Positions 20,541 to 29,680 are shown, numbered from the stretch's first letter. The stretch: 64,000 bases of DNA from an uncultured delta proteobacterium (GCA_963754925.1 CAVWHX010000003.1:352001-416000), one strand, 5' to 3'. The notes: a model not told the origin generated them from the sequence alone. A program made the numbers and translations.

Positions 20541-20711
20541 CCGCCACCATTCAGCGACTAATCAGCACCTCGGGAAAGCTCGGAGAAATCGAAAAGCCCT
20601 ACCTGAAACGCCCAAATCTCAGCGTACGGTCATACAGCCCGTTTCGATATCTTGCACAATGATTTCGAAAATCAGACTAACAACCTTCTTGGTCATCCTA
20701 CCGGTAGAAAC

Positions 20712-20740
20712 TTGACAAGGTGTCAGATCCTTTCTATTCT
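20712..20740 (+). promoter_or_regulatory. Sigma70 promoter facing the cassette array (Pc-like)
   Basis: TTGACA-N17-TATTCT. Confidence 0.55.
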
Positions 20741-21061
20741 AATTATACATAATATCTACACTTATTAGATGGTTGCCGACAGAAGATAGTGCATAACGAG
20801 GCGACTGATGTTTTAAGGAAGCAGGGGTAATTCCTAAAGATGCAAATCGATCTTCTAAAAAATTAGAATTTTATATGGCCGTCCCCAGGTATTTTCAACA
20901 GTGGACCAACTAGTGTTCACAGCATTGTCGGTGGACTCTGAGGCCATCGTGGACGATTTTATGCTGATCCGCATATCACATCATGATAACAAGAACTGCT
21001 CGAAGCAACATGTTTATAAACCAATGGTTATTTACAATGTAAGACTCGTTTCGCGGACGTC

Positions 21062-21123
21062 TTATACAAAACTCGTATCGGCATTTGGGGTGTTATACGG
21101 ATCAATCTAACCAATGTTAGGGC
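21062..21123 (+). other. attI-like integron site
   Basis: CTAAC-CAAT-GTTAGGGC simple site; TTATAC direct repeats at 21062 and 21093; GTTAGGGC is the exact complement of GCCCTAAC in the first attC. Confidence 0.6.
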
Positions 21124-21471
21124 TTGGACTCGTATTAAGGGGGCTGACATGGACATCAAAAAAGCTGCAATAGCCGTGGGTGCGATGGTTGTAGCTGGTG
21201 TCATTATTGCGGGAGAAACCCTCGGATGGCGAACATTTCTGCCGTCGTTCTCGTCGGCACAAATCAGTGTATCTCCCACTTCTCGCCCTCCCTCTAACGC
21301 GTTCTTCGCAGATGAGAAGCTCTGGGTGACCCTCTCAAAGGCAGATACAGACCACGTGTACTGGGTGTTTAATGAAAGCACCACTGTCATTTCGGGTGAC
21401 GTGCCCCCCGAAAACTGGACCATTTTCAATGAGAGTTCCTTCGGCTAGAATGCCGGAAAGGAGCTTGCTCA

Positions 21472-21738
21472 ATGAAAGGGAAACGGTTTTCTGAGGATAA
21501 GATCATCGGGATATTGAAAGAAGCCGAAGCGGGGGTGAAGCTGTCTGATCTGTGTCGTACGCATGGCTTCTGCGAACAAACGTACTACCGTTGGAAATCC
21601 AAGTACGGCGGGATGGACGTCAGCGAGGCGCGGCGGCTGAAGCAGCTTGAGGAAGAAAACCGAAGGCTGAAGCGTGCCGTGGCCGATCTCACTCTCGACA
21701 ACCAGATCTTGAGGGATATCAACTCAAGAAAATGGTGA
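21472..21738 (+). CDS. IS3 transposase OrfA
   Basis: MKGKRFSEDKIIGIL...YYRWKSKYGGM...LEEENRRLK (HTH and zipper). Confidence 0.92.
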   Translation: MKGKRFSEDKIIGILKEAEAGVKLSDLCRTHGFCEQTYYRWKSKYGGMDVSEARRLKQLEEENRRLKRAVADLTLDNQILRDINSRKW

Positions 21739-22643
21739 AGCCCGCAGCGCGAAAGCAGGCCGTTGTGCATGCCCGCGAGGAATTTGGGGTGAGCGAACGA
21801 CGCGCCTGCGGGCTGATGAGGATCGGGCGATCGAGCTTTCGGTACCGTTCGGTAGGCCAACTGTATCCGCAGTTGCGGGAGCGTCTTTTAGAGCTTGCGG
21901 CGCAGCGGGTACGCTTCGGATATCGACGGTTGCAGGTGTTATTGCGGCGGGAAGGGTATGTGGTGAATCACAAGCGGGTGTATCGGCTGTATCGGCAAGA
22001 GGGATTGAGCGTGAGGAAGAAGCAGCGCAAGAGATACCGGAGCATCGCGCGGCAGCCGCTGCGTCTTCCGGAAGGACTCAACGAGCGATGGTCGATGGAT
22101 TTTCTATCTGATTGTCTCTCAGATGGGCGACGGTTGAAGGTGTTGAGCGTGCTGGATGAATTCAGTCGAGAGAGTCTTGCCTTACCCGTAGACACGTCCA
22201 TTTCCGGCAGCCGGGTGGCCAGGATTTTGGACGATATTGCCGCTGAACGGGGTAGGTATCCCGAAGCGATGGTGACGGATAACGGTCCGGAGTTCACGAG
22301 TCGTGCGCTGGACCTCTGGGCGTACCGGCATGGGGTGCAGTTGCATTTTATCGAGCCAGGCAAGCCGGTGCAGAATGCCCTGATCGAAAGCTTCAACGGC
22401 AAATTTCGAGATGAATGTCTCAATCAACATTGGTTTATAAATCTACAAGATGCTCGTAATAAAATCGAATCATGGCGGATGGATTACAATCATGTGCGGC
22501 CACACAGCTCGCTGGGACAGGAGACACCGGCGGAGTTCGCGCGACAGTTTTCAGAGCTTCGGTCGCCTCCGGCTCCCTTCGCTCTGAAAACTGTTGTTGC
22601 TATGGATAAAGGAACGATGGTTAACCATGAACAACTCTCATAG
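21732..22643 (+). CDS. IS3 transposase OrfB (DDE)
   Basis: GYRR, NHKRVYRLY, WSMDF, TDNGPEF, IESFNGKFRDECLN, RPHSSLG. Confidence 0.93.
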   Translation: MVKPAARKQAVVHAREEFGVSERRACGLMRIGRSSFRYRSVGQLYPQLRERLLELAAQRVRFGYRRLQVLLRREGYVVNHKRVYRLYRQEGLSVRKKQRKRYRSIARQPLRLPEGLNERWSMDFLSDCLSDGRRLKVLSVLDEFSRESLALPVDTSISGSRVARILDDIAAERGRYPEAMVTDNGPEFTSRALDLWAYRHGVQLHFIEPGKPVQNALIESFNGKFRDECLNQHWFINLQDARNKIESWRMDYNHVRPHSSLGQETPAEFARQFSELRSPPAPFALKTVVAMDKGTMVNHEQLS

Positions 22644-23157
22644 AGAGTGGTCCTATGAACGGGGGCACGTCACGGGCGGCATACAGATCCAGTACACATT
22701 TCCTTTCGATAACGCTGTACCCGTAGGAACAGAGTCGAAAAGACGAATCGACGCATTCTACAAGAGCGGCGACGCCTACAAACACGTGGTGACACGCGTC
22801 AGCATCAGCAATATCCAGATCAAAACAAGTGCATTTTTTGGACCTCTGGGGCTCGCATTGACACTTCCGACAAAGTTACCGGGGGACTGGACGCTTGGCA
22901 CTGTTCGATTGGCGACCCTGTCCGAAGGCAAATTTCGAAATATCGGTATTGAGCCAGAGAGCTCAAGTGCAACTGACACAGATGCTCGTATTGTGTGGAA
23001 TGGCGCTAGGGTTGCATCGGAGTTTGGTTATTCGTCATCTGAAGAAGCGGTATTGAAGTTAGTGACGAATAAAACAGCGTGGGTTTCGGCGGAGTACAAG
23101 GGGCAAAATGCCGGAGATACCCTCACCGTCGTGAAACCTCTTGGCTTGGGAAATAAG

Positions 23158-23232
23158 CCCTAACAAAAGGTATCAGCCGATGTCTTTGCCTCGCTTCGCT
23201 CGACAGGGCTACGGCTGAACCTGGCGTTCGGC
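23158..23232 (+). other. attC site 1
   Basis: R'' CCCTAAC, L'' GTATCAGCCG / L' CGGCTGAAC with an extrahelical base, R' GTTCGGC. Confidence 0.85.
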
Positions 23233-23256
23233 GGACAGTTTCCAGAAGGAACGCAA

Positions 23257-24276
23257 TTGATTTCAGCAGCTTACATTTTCGGCAAGGCAGCTGAGTTGCA
23301 TCGCTACGATGTTGAGAAGGGTCAAGCCCGATTCGGCGGCCTGTTTCGACCCCCCATTTATCTTCAGGCGTATGCCGAGTCCGCTGAGGTCCTGTTCGAA
23401 CACGCCTCGGGCGCGGAGCGACTGGATGAACTCGCCCAACCACTTCTGTACCTTCACCGACATATTCTTGAACTTGCTCTGAAAAAGCTGTTGCGCTTAC
23501 TGCTGGATCTGAGGGTTGAGAATCGACGCTGGTATGAACTCATGGGTGAGGGACACCAGATTGATCCGCCCTCCTGCAAAGACTACAAAGTCATGCGTTC
23601 GGACCACGATCTCTCCAAGCTTCGCGTTCGCGTGGAGGACAGCCTCAACAAACTCGGATACCCGACGCTACCGCAAGAGTTTCGCCAGGCTGAAGAACTT
23701 ATTCATAATATCGAAAGGAGAGATCCCTCCAGATTTCGCTACCCATACGTAAATATCAAGAAGCGCGTGGAAGAAGCTCCAAGCTACCCAGAAGAGTCTA
23801 CTGTGCAAATTCGTAGCATTCATGAATTGGTGCGCAAGGTGGTCGACGTGCATTGTAGGTTCCCGCAGATCGCCACGGTAGACACGAGCAAATACTCACT
23901 GCTCGAGTACATCGACACCGAAAGCGAGGGCATGGACCAAGTTCGCCTTCAGCACTTTTCTAAACTTGCCGACGAGACCACTGCGGGAAAACTGCCGTGG
24001 ATCCGCTGTACCCATCCAAAACTAAGGACGAAAGACCCGTATCATTTCCTTCAATCGTATGAAATTGTAACGGATGAGTTTCTGCGCGCTGATTTTTTGG
24101 GACGGAATATTGTTATCATTTCTTTATGGGATTCAAGCGGGACCGATCAGAACGCGTTCGCATTGGCTCGACTGACGAATGAAACCACTATCGAATGGCC
24201 TACACTTATTGAGGATCACGAAATTAATGTGGTCCGAGAAGCGGCCAGGGTTGCGGGGTGTGTGGCCGTGAAGTGA
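23257..24276 (+). CDS. Cassette 2: HEPN-like protein with unknown C-terminal domain
   Basis: PLLYLHRHILELALK...SDHDLSKL...RFRYP resembles the HEPN ExxLK/HDL/RYP signature; TTG start uncertain. Confidence 0.6.
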   Translation: MISAAYIFGKAAELHRYDVEKGQARFGGLFRPPIYLQAYAESAEVLFEHASGAERLDELAQPLLYLHRHILELALKKLLRLLLDLRVENRRWYELMGEGHQIDPPSCKDYKVMRSDHDLSKLRVRVEDSLNKLGYPTLPQEFRQAEELIHNIERRDPSRFRYPYVNIKKRVEEAPSYPEESTVQIRSIHELVRKVVDVHCRFPQIATVDTSKYSLLEYIDTESEGMDQVRLQHFSKLADETTAGKLPWIRCTHPKLRTKDPYHFLQSYEIVTDEFLRADFLGRNIVIISLWDSSGTDQNAFALARLTNETTIEWPTLIEDHEINVVREAARVAGCVAVK

Positions 24277-24347
24277 AGTAAAGGGACAGACACTAACTGA
24301 AAGACATACATGTTAAAATGGTTTGCTTGCAGATCGAGGCGTATGTC

Positions 24348-24410
24348 CTCTAACAAGTCAAATCAACTTGGGCGTTCTTAAACTCGCGCCGGTTATTTTC
24401 AGCGTTATTT
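24348..24410 (+). other. attC site 2
   Basis: R'' CTCTAAC, L'' AAATCAAC / L' GTTATTT (extrahelical C), R' GTTATTT. Confidence 0.7.
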
Positions 24411-24477
24411 GTTTGGAGGATAAGCGGAAATTAATGGCCTTAAGGACCAAATAATGAATGCGCGGAAGGTGAGATAA

Positions 24478-26343
24478 TTGAGCATCTTGTCACGCCTATT
24501 TGGCAAACCGGGCAATGATCGGGCAGAAAACGCGATAGCTCGTGGTGGTGAACGCAGCAAGAGCCACGGGCGTAAAGAGCCACCCAACGACGTTGATCTG
24601 AATTCTGTCGAATACATTCCTCTGCCTCCATCACCACGCACATGGGAAGTCGATGGCCGGGATAATTTCCACCGCGAATACGAAGATCCCCTTCTCAAGG
24701 AAATATTCCAAGCAGGGTGGCAGCGGAAACATACGAAAGTGATCAAGCTCGCCGCAGATCTGGCCCCGGCGCACCTTTCTGGTCAAGCTGGCCAAGTTGT
24801 TGCTAAAGCCTATCGTGATATTGTCCAGAAGCGTCTCAAGGCCAATCAAATCGAGCCCGCCGCATGTTGGGCAAAGGTGATGCTCGATACCGTCCCCGCG
24901 CATTGTACTGACGTAGACAAGCGACGTTATAACAAAATTCTCGATAAACTGGACAAGGCAAAAATTAGGCATGAATTCATACGAATTCAGGCTATTCCGA
25001 CCAACGATGAACCACCATTCGCATTATCGGAAAGCTCTAACTGGACCTTGGTTGAGATCAAGGCGCTTCCGAAGGCTGAAAGACCGGACACGGCTTTCCA
25101 CCTCATGACTTTTACTGTTGACGGTGTGATATATGCCGATCGGCAGGGAAAGGGTGATCTAGCTTCCGGTAGGCCTGGAGCCCTACGGAAATTCGATCGT
25201 GCAGGTAAGTTAGTTGCCGAGCGAGCCATAGATCATGACACTTACAGGGTCGGTTGCGGGCGGCCAACAAGCGCGTTCTGCGCAATCATGGATAGTGAGG
25301 GTGGCCTTCATATCTACGATGGCTCCCTCGTCTTGGTGGTCGAAAGGGATTTGCAGAGCGATAGACGTATCAAGGAACATTTTAGAACCACCGATACCAG
25401 CTACTGGGGCAAATTTCGCAGTCAAGTCCGCGCCGTTGACGTGAACGCGAATGGCCAACTCCACATGTTCACGTTAGCCGACGAGGCTTGGTGCTGTACG
25501 ACAGATGGCGAAACGGTCTGGGGCGTGCGTATGCCGCTAAATGAAGGTTGGGTGCGCGCGGTTGGGCGGAGTGAGCGAACTGGCCCCGGAGTTGAAGTCG
25601 AGGCGGCGCTGCAAACGCTTGGACTTGCTCTTCCGGTAACACCGCAGGAGATTAAACAAAGATTTCGAATGTTGGCGCTGCAGCATCACCCGGATCGCAA
25701 TCCCGGCGACCCTAGTGCGCACCGGCACATGCAGGAGATCAATGAAGCGTTCCAGATACTAACCGGTGTGGATCCGGCGATGATTGATATCGAGGTTGAA
25801 GAGTCAGAAGTGACCTATTTCCGCCGCAAAGCCGCAGATCACGTCATCGAGGCCGGACCAATACGGCTTGAGATCTGGGGGCTGAGCGGCCCGGCCCAAG
25901 ACTGGATCTATGGCGCCTCATTCTTAGCGCATGGCGCTGGAGCATTCTTGGCAACATATTCTGGCAAGGTGGTTGAAGTCAATAGCGCAGGCGTGCCTGT
26001 GCGCGTCTATGATGTTGGCACTGTTCCCGACGAGATTGTGGATGCAGGTGACTATCTTTACTTTCTCACTCCAACGCGTTTGTACGTCTTGCAGGGGCAT
26101 GACCGCCTCGTTGCGCTGGTAGATGTGTTTCGTCAGGGTAGGTTGCTGGTGACATCTAAAGGTTTTGGCCTCCTTGATAGTAAATGCCTCCAGTGGTTCA
26201 CGCCTTCCGGCGCTAAGGTTGGAGAGATTATTACGCGGGACCCGATTCGTGCGCTCTACGATTCAAATGACGGAGCTGTGCTCGAAACCCGACAGCATCG
26301 TACCGTTGTCAAGGGGTTGCGGCTGTCTGAAGCGTATAGGTAA
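24478..26343 (+). CDS. Cassette 3: J-domain (HPD) protein embedded in beta-propeller-like repeats
   Basis: LGL...EIKQRFRMLALQHHPDRNPGD...MQEINEAFQIL, flanked by beta-strand repeats. Confidence 0.75.
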   Translation: MSILSRLFGKPGNDRAENAIARGGERSKSHGRKEPPNDVDLNSVEYIPLPPSPRTWEVDGRDNFHREYEDPLLKEIFQAGWQRKHTKVIKLAADLAPAHLSGQAGQVVAKAYRDIVQKRLKANQIEPAACWAKVMLDTVPAHCTDVDKRRYNKILDKLDKAKIRHEFIRIQAIPTNDEPPFALSESSNWTLVEIKALPKAERPDTAFHLMTFTVDGVIYADRQGKGDLASGRPGALRKFDRAGKLVAERAIDHDTYRVGCGRPTSAFCAIMDSEGGLHIYDGSLVLVVERDLQSDRRIKEHFRTTDTSYWGKFRSQVRAVDVNANGQLHMFTLADEAWCCTTDGETVWGVRMPLNEGWVRAVGRSERTGPGVEVEAALQTLGLALPVTPQEIKQRFRMLALQHHPDRNPGDPSAHRHMQEINEAFQILTGVDPAMIDIEVEESEVTYFRRKAADHVIEAGPIRLEIWGLSGPAQDWIYGASFLAHGAGAFLATYSGKVVEVNSAGVPVRVYDVGTVPDEIVDAGDYLYFLTPTRLYVLQGHDRLVALVDVFRQGRLLVTSKGFGLLDSKCLQWFTPSGAKVGEIITRDPIRALYDSNDGAVLETRQHRTVVKGLRLSEAYR

Positions 26344-26417
26344 GGCATCCGATTGGAGAGAACAACAAAGCCAACAATTGTCGTGGAATTGGGTTTTGGT
26401 TGCTGTGAGCGGGGAAC

Positions 26418-26475
26418 ACACAACCAGGCTAATTCAGCCGACTCGTAAACTCGAGGCTGATTTGCATCGTTGGCC
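26418..26475 (+). other. attC site 3
   Basis: R'' ACACAAC, L'' AATTCAGCC / L' GGCTGATT, CTCG-TAAACT-CGAG core hairpin, R' GTTGGCC. Confidence 0.8.
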
Positions 26476-26540
26476 AGACATCATGGCAAACACAACTTTT
26501 TTATGGAACCTATATAAAGATTAATGAACGGAATACACAA

Positions 26541-27497
26541 ATGCCTATCACTGCCAATATTGTGCTTGAATTGATCTCTCGTCATGAAGGTCCAATTCTG
26601 GATTTCAAGGTAACCCAATATAATTGGAACAATGAGGGAAATCTCGAACTTGCCAAGGATCTTATGGCTATTGCGAATGGGCTTTCGCTTGTCAGCCCAC
26701 CGGGCTACATACTCATTGGCGTTGATATCAATCCCGATCAAACTGGTCGTCTAGTTGGCGTAGAACCTACGGCACATCTAGATGATGCAAACATGCACCA
26801 AAAGGTGAAATCTATCTTAAACCGGCCTCCGTCATTCTTGTATGCACCGATTGAGATTGATAGATTGTCTATTGGTGTATTTGAAATTTTCCCAGGTGGA
26901 CGTCCTTACTACCCACTAAAAAACCGAGGGAATCGTAACAAACTAACAAGGTTCGAAGCTCGTATTCGAATCGGATCTTCCACAGATGTGGCTTCTCCTG
27001 AACAGATACAGTCTTGGTTGCGGGAAGACGAATACGTACTTCGGCAACAACATGTTCATGATAGTTTATCACGATTTCTCGGTTTTCTCGTCGAGGCAAT
27101 CGAGGGGAATCCATTTCACTGGAGCAAGCATGTGTTCTATTGCGAACCCTTATCGATCAAGCTAGACACTCTGCGCTCGATCAAGACATCCATTGAAGCT
27201 GGATCGTTTCTGATGAATCCGTTGCAGAAGAAATGTGTTATTGAATCAGCACACGAAACTCACTTATCATTTCGTTCACTAAGTCCTGCGGCTTTTCAAC
27301 TTTCTGGTCGGCATGGGATACTATGGATAAGCTTGGATAACTCTATCAGTCAACTTGCCAAACTTTTTCCTTTCAAGTGTGATTTGCAACCATTGGAGAA
27401 ACACCCAATAATCTTTGGTGAGGATTCATTTGCCTTAGCATTCTGCGAGCTTGTGGAACACATGATCCTATTTGAAGAAGCAAGAGATACACTATAG
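26541..27497 (+). CDS. Cassette 4: Schlafen/AlbA_2-domain protein with unknown C-terminal domain
   Basis: EGPILDFK...ELAKDLMAIANG...GYILIGV...RPY...IRIGSST. Confidence 0.8.
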   Translation: MPITANIVLELISRHEGPILDFKVTQYNWNNEGNLELAKDLMAIANGLSLVSPPGYILIGVDINPDQTGRLVGVEPTAHLDDANMHQKVKSILNRPPSFLYAPIEIDRLSIGVFEIFPGGRPYYPLKNRGNRNKLTRFEARIRIGSSTDVASPEQIQSWLREDEYVLRQQHVHDSLSRFLGFLVEAIEGNPFHWSKHVFYCEPLSIKLDTLRSIKTSIEAGSFLMNPLQKKCVIESAHETHLSFRSLSPAAFQLSGRHGILWISLDNSISQLAKLFPFKCDLQPLEKHPIIFGEDSFALAFCELVEHMILFEEARDTL

Positions 27498-27525
27498 TGA
27501 ACACTGAATGTAGAAATGACAATCT

Positions 27526-27584
27526 GACCAACAGGCACATGCAGACGGCCGCCGCGCGGCCGCGCCTGATGCAGGGTGTTGGGC
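27526..27584 (+). other. attC site 4
   Basis: R'' GACCAAC (TCTGACCAAC matches the complement of the cassette start GTTGGCCAGA at 9/10), L'' CATGCAG / L' CTGATG, R' GTTGGGC. Confidence 0.85.
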
Positions 27585-27591
27585 TGTAACC

Positions 27592-28260
27592 ATGATGAAT
27601 GATACACGCAGAGCAACCGCGAGAGAGATCGCGCGCAAGCACCTGGAGGCGGGTGACCCGCTGGGCTGGTTCGAAGACCTCTATTCGCGAGCGGGCGAGA
27701 ACGCGTCGATCATTCCCTGGGCTGATTTGGCGCCGAATCCCAATCTCATCGACTGGCTTGATCGGCACCAATTGTTAAGTCCCGGGAAGGCACTGGTAGT
27801 TGGCTGTGGCCTGGGTGACGACGCGGAAGAACTGGCACGGCGCGGGTTCGAAACAACCGCGTTCGATATTTCGGAATCGGCCATTGCGTGGAGCCGGAGA
27901 CGTTACCCACAATCGGTAGTCACGTATATCGTCGCGGACCTGTTCTCAGCACCTGTCGAATGGAAAGCCACGTTTGATTTTGTACTGGAATTGTACACGC
28001 TCCAAGTGCTTCCTCCCAATCTCCGGGCAGATGCCGTCCGCTGCATCGCCTCTTTCGTCGCTCAAAGCGGTACACTGCTCGTCATTGCGCGCGGAAGAGA
28101 ACCGAGCGAACCCGAAGGGACGATGCCGTGGCCCCTGACGAATAACGACCTTTCGCTCTTTGAGACTCACGGTCTCACGGGGGTATCTTTCGAGGATTAC
28201 CGGGATAGTGAAGATCCTCCGATACGTCGCTTCAGAGCAACCTATAGGCGGGAGAAATAG
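27592..28260 (+). CDS. Class I SAM-dependent methyltransferase (TPMT-like)
   Basis: LVVGCGLGDDA motif I, AFDISESAI, FDFVLE, PWPL; starts 7 nt after attC4. Confidence 0.85.
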   Translation: MMNDTRRATAREIARKHLEAGDPLGWFEDLYSRAGENASIIPWADLAPNPNLIDWLDRHQLLSPGKALVVGCGLGDDAEELARRGFETTAFDISESAIAWSRRRYPQSVVTYIVADLFSAPVEWKATFDFVLELYTLQVLPPNLRADAVRCIASFVAQSGTLLVIARGREPSEPEGTMPWPLTNNDLSLFETHGLTGVSFEDYRDSEDPPIRRFRATYRREK

Positions 28261-28300
28261 GAGACGAGGCGCCGGCCGACTATTTCGGGGAGGTAATCAG

Positions 28301-29101
28301 ATGATGCAGGTTTTCCAAGTGGACGCTTTTACCGACACACCCTTCGCTGGAAATCCCGCTGGCGTATGCCTTTTGCCGGAAGCTAAACCCGACAGCTGGA
28401 TGTTGCATCTGGCTCGGGAAATGAATCTCTCAGAAACGGCGTTCTTGTTGCGCCAAAATGAGGGTTGCAGCTTGCGCTGGTTTACTCCAACAACTGAAGT
28501 AGCGCTTTGCGGACATGCTACTCTGGCTAGCGCTCACATCCTGTGGGAAGAGAAGCTACTAGCAGAGACGGAGACTATCGCATTTCAAACAAAGAGTGGG
28601 ATTCTCCGTGCCAGAAAGGCTGGTAAGGTCATCGAAATGGACTTTCCCGCACGGAATGTTCAATCTATTAAGAACAATGAGGAGTTGAACCAAGCACTTC
28701 AGGTAAGGCCCGTTTTCACTGGCAAGTACCCAACTGCAGACGGGGATTTATACCTCCTCGATGTGGAATCCGACGAAACCATTAGAAGCATCGTTCCGGA
28801 TTATCAGAGACTTTTAATAAGTACGGCGCGTGCTGTGATTGTGACAGGTGCATCTTCAGATTCAACGTACGATTTTGTATCAAGATTCTTCGCACCCGCG
28901 GTGGGGATAAATGAAGACCCGGTGACAGGCTCCGCTCACTGCTATCTAACTCCCTACTGGGGCGCCAAACTGAGAAAAAATGAGATGATTGGCTACCAAG
29001 CATCCGAACGTGGCGGAATCGTTAAGTGTAAATGGGTAGGAGATCGAGTGTGGCTTGGAGGCAGCGCCGTGACGGTCTTCAGAGCAGAGTTGTTAGTATA
29101 G
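28301..29101 (+). CDS. PhzF-family isomerase
   Basis: QVDAFTDTPFAGNPAGV, SETAF, LCGHATL, EDPVTGSAH; GGAGGT RBS before ATG 28301. Confidence 0.9.
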   Translation: MMQVFQVDAFTDTPFAGNPAGVCLLPEAKPDSWMLHLAREMNLSETAFLLRQNEGCSLRWFTPTTEVALCGHATLASAHILWEEKLLAETETIAFQTKSGILRARKAGKVIEMDFPARNVQSIKNNEELNQALQVRPVFTGKYPTADGDLYLLDVESDETIRSIVPDYQRLLISTARAVIVTGASSDSTYDFVSRFFAPAVGINEDPVTGSAHCYLTPYWGAKLRKNEMIGYQASERGGIVKCKWVGDRVWLGGSAVTVFRAELLV

Positions 29102-29162
29102 GGGAAGAATAGGGTAACTGGCCTGATGCGGCGGGGCAACTGAGCCCTATGTTGATGGTACG

Positions 29163-29627
29163 TTATCCAACCAAATAGGTGCCGGTTCCGGCCGCAATGA
29201 GAATCCCTTCGTCATTGATTAATTCCGTTCGCACCACCGCCACCTTATTTCCCACGCGCAAGATGCTGCCGGTTGCGCGAAAATACGAGCCTTTGCCGGG
29301 TCGGACGTAATCGACTCGAATATCGATGGTGCCCATGTTGGTCAGCCGCTTCGCCAATTCTTGCATTGACGAACCCTTCAGCCCCCGCAGCACATGAAGC
29401 TGCGCTATGACACCGCCGGTAAAATCAAGCACCGACGATATGACGCCGCCGTGCAATATCCCCTTTTCGAAGTTGCCGATAAGTTTGTCCTGCATGTCGA
29501 TTCTGACGACCGTATTTTGAAACGACAGGGACTCTATTTTGATTCCTATCAGCTTGTTGAACGGCATGGTTTCTTCATAAACATGTTTCAATAAGCCTAA
29601 TACTGTTTCAACCGGGACATCGCTCAT
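29163..29627 (-). CDS. PaaI-family (hotdog) thioesterase
   Basis: ILHGGVISSVLD, TIDIRVDYVRPG. Confidence 0.85.
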   Translation of the reverse strand: MSDVPVETVLGLLKHVYEETMPFNKLIGIKIESLSFQNTVVRIDMQDKLIGNFEKGILHGGVISSVLDFTGGVIAQLHVLRGLKGSSMQELAKRLTNMGTIDIRVDYVRPGKGSYFRATGSILRVGNKVAVVRTELINDEGILIAAGTGTYLVG

Positions 29628-29680
29628 GAAGACTGATCCCTTCTCAAACCTGGCGACATTCGACGCAATAGCATCCGCGG

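Larger units (their letters stand above)
21397..22672 (+). mobile_element. IS3-family element (IS407-group-like), 1276 bp
   Basis: TG...CA ends; ~40-bp imperfect TIRs TGACGTGCCCCC...GGACCA...ATGAGAGTT; 4-bp TSD CGGG (21393-21396, 22673-22676). Confidence 0.93.
21149..23163 (+). pseudogene. Cassette 1 gene: 244-aa hypothetical protein with N-terminal TM/signal, interrupted by IS3
   Basis: Removing the IS and one CGGG joins ...TTVISG to GIQIQYTFP... in frame (735 nt); its TAA lies inside the attC R'' box. Confidence 0.85.

Noticed and set aside
20876..20955. TGGCCGTCCCCAGG resembling a reversed tRNA 3' end (att scar), and three GTGGAC repeats
   Set aside because: Too short and degenerate; no tRNA body or partner repeat in the window
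20541..21060. Integron integrase gene or remnant upstream of the attI-like site
   Set aside because: No long ORF and no recognisable tyrosine recombinase motifs on either strand; a highly decayed remnant cannot be excluded without TBLASTN
29102..29162. Possible fifth attC after PhzF
   Set aside because: No R''/L''/L'/R' geometry; no AGCCCAAC-like R'' box
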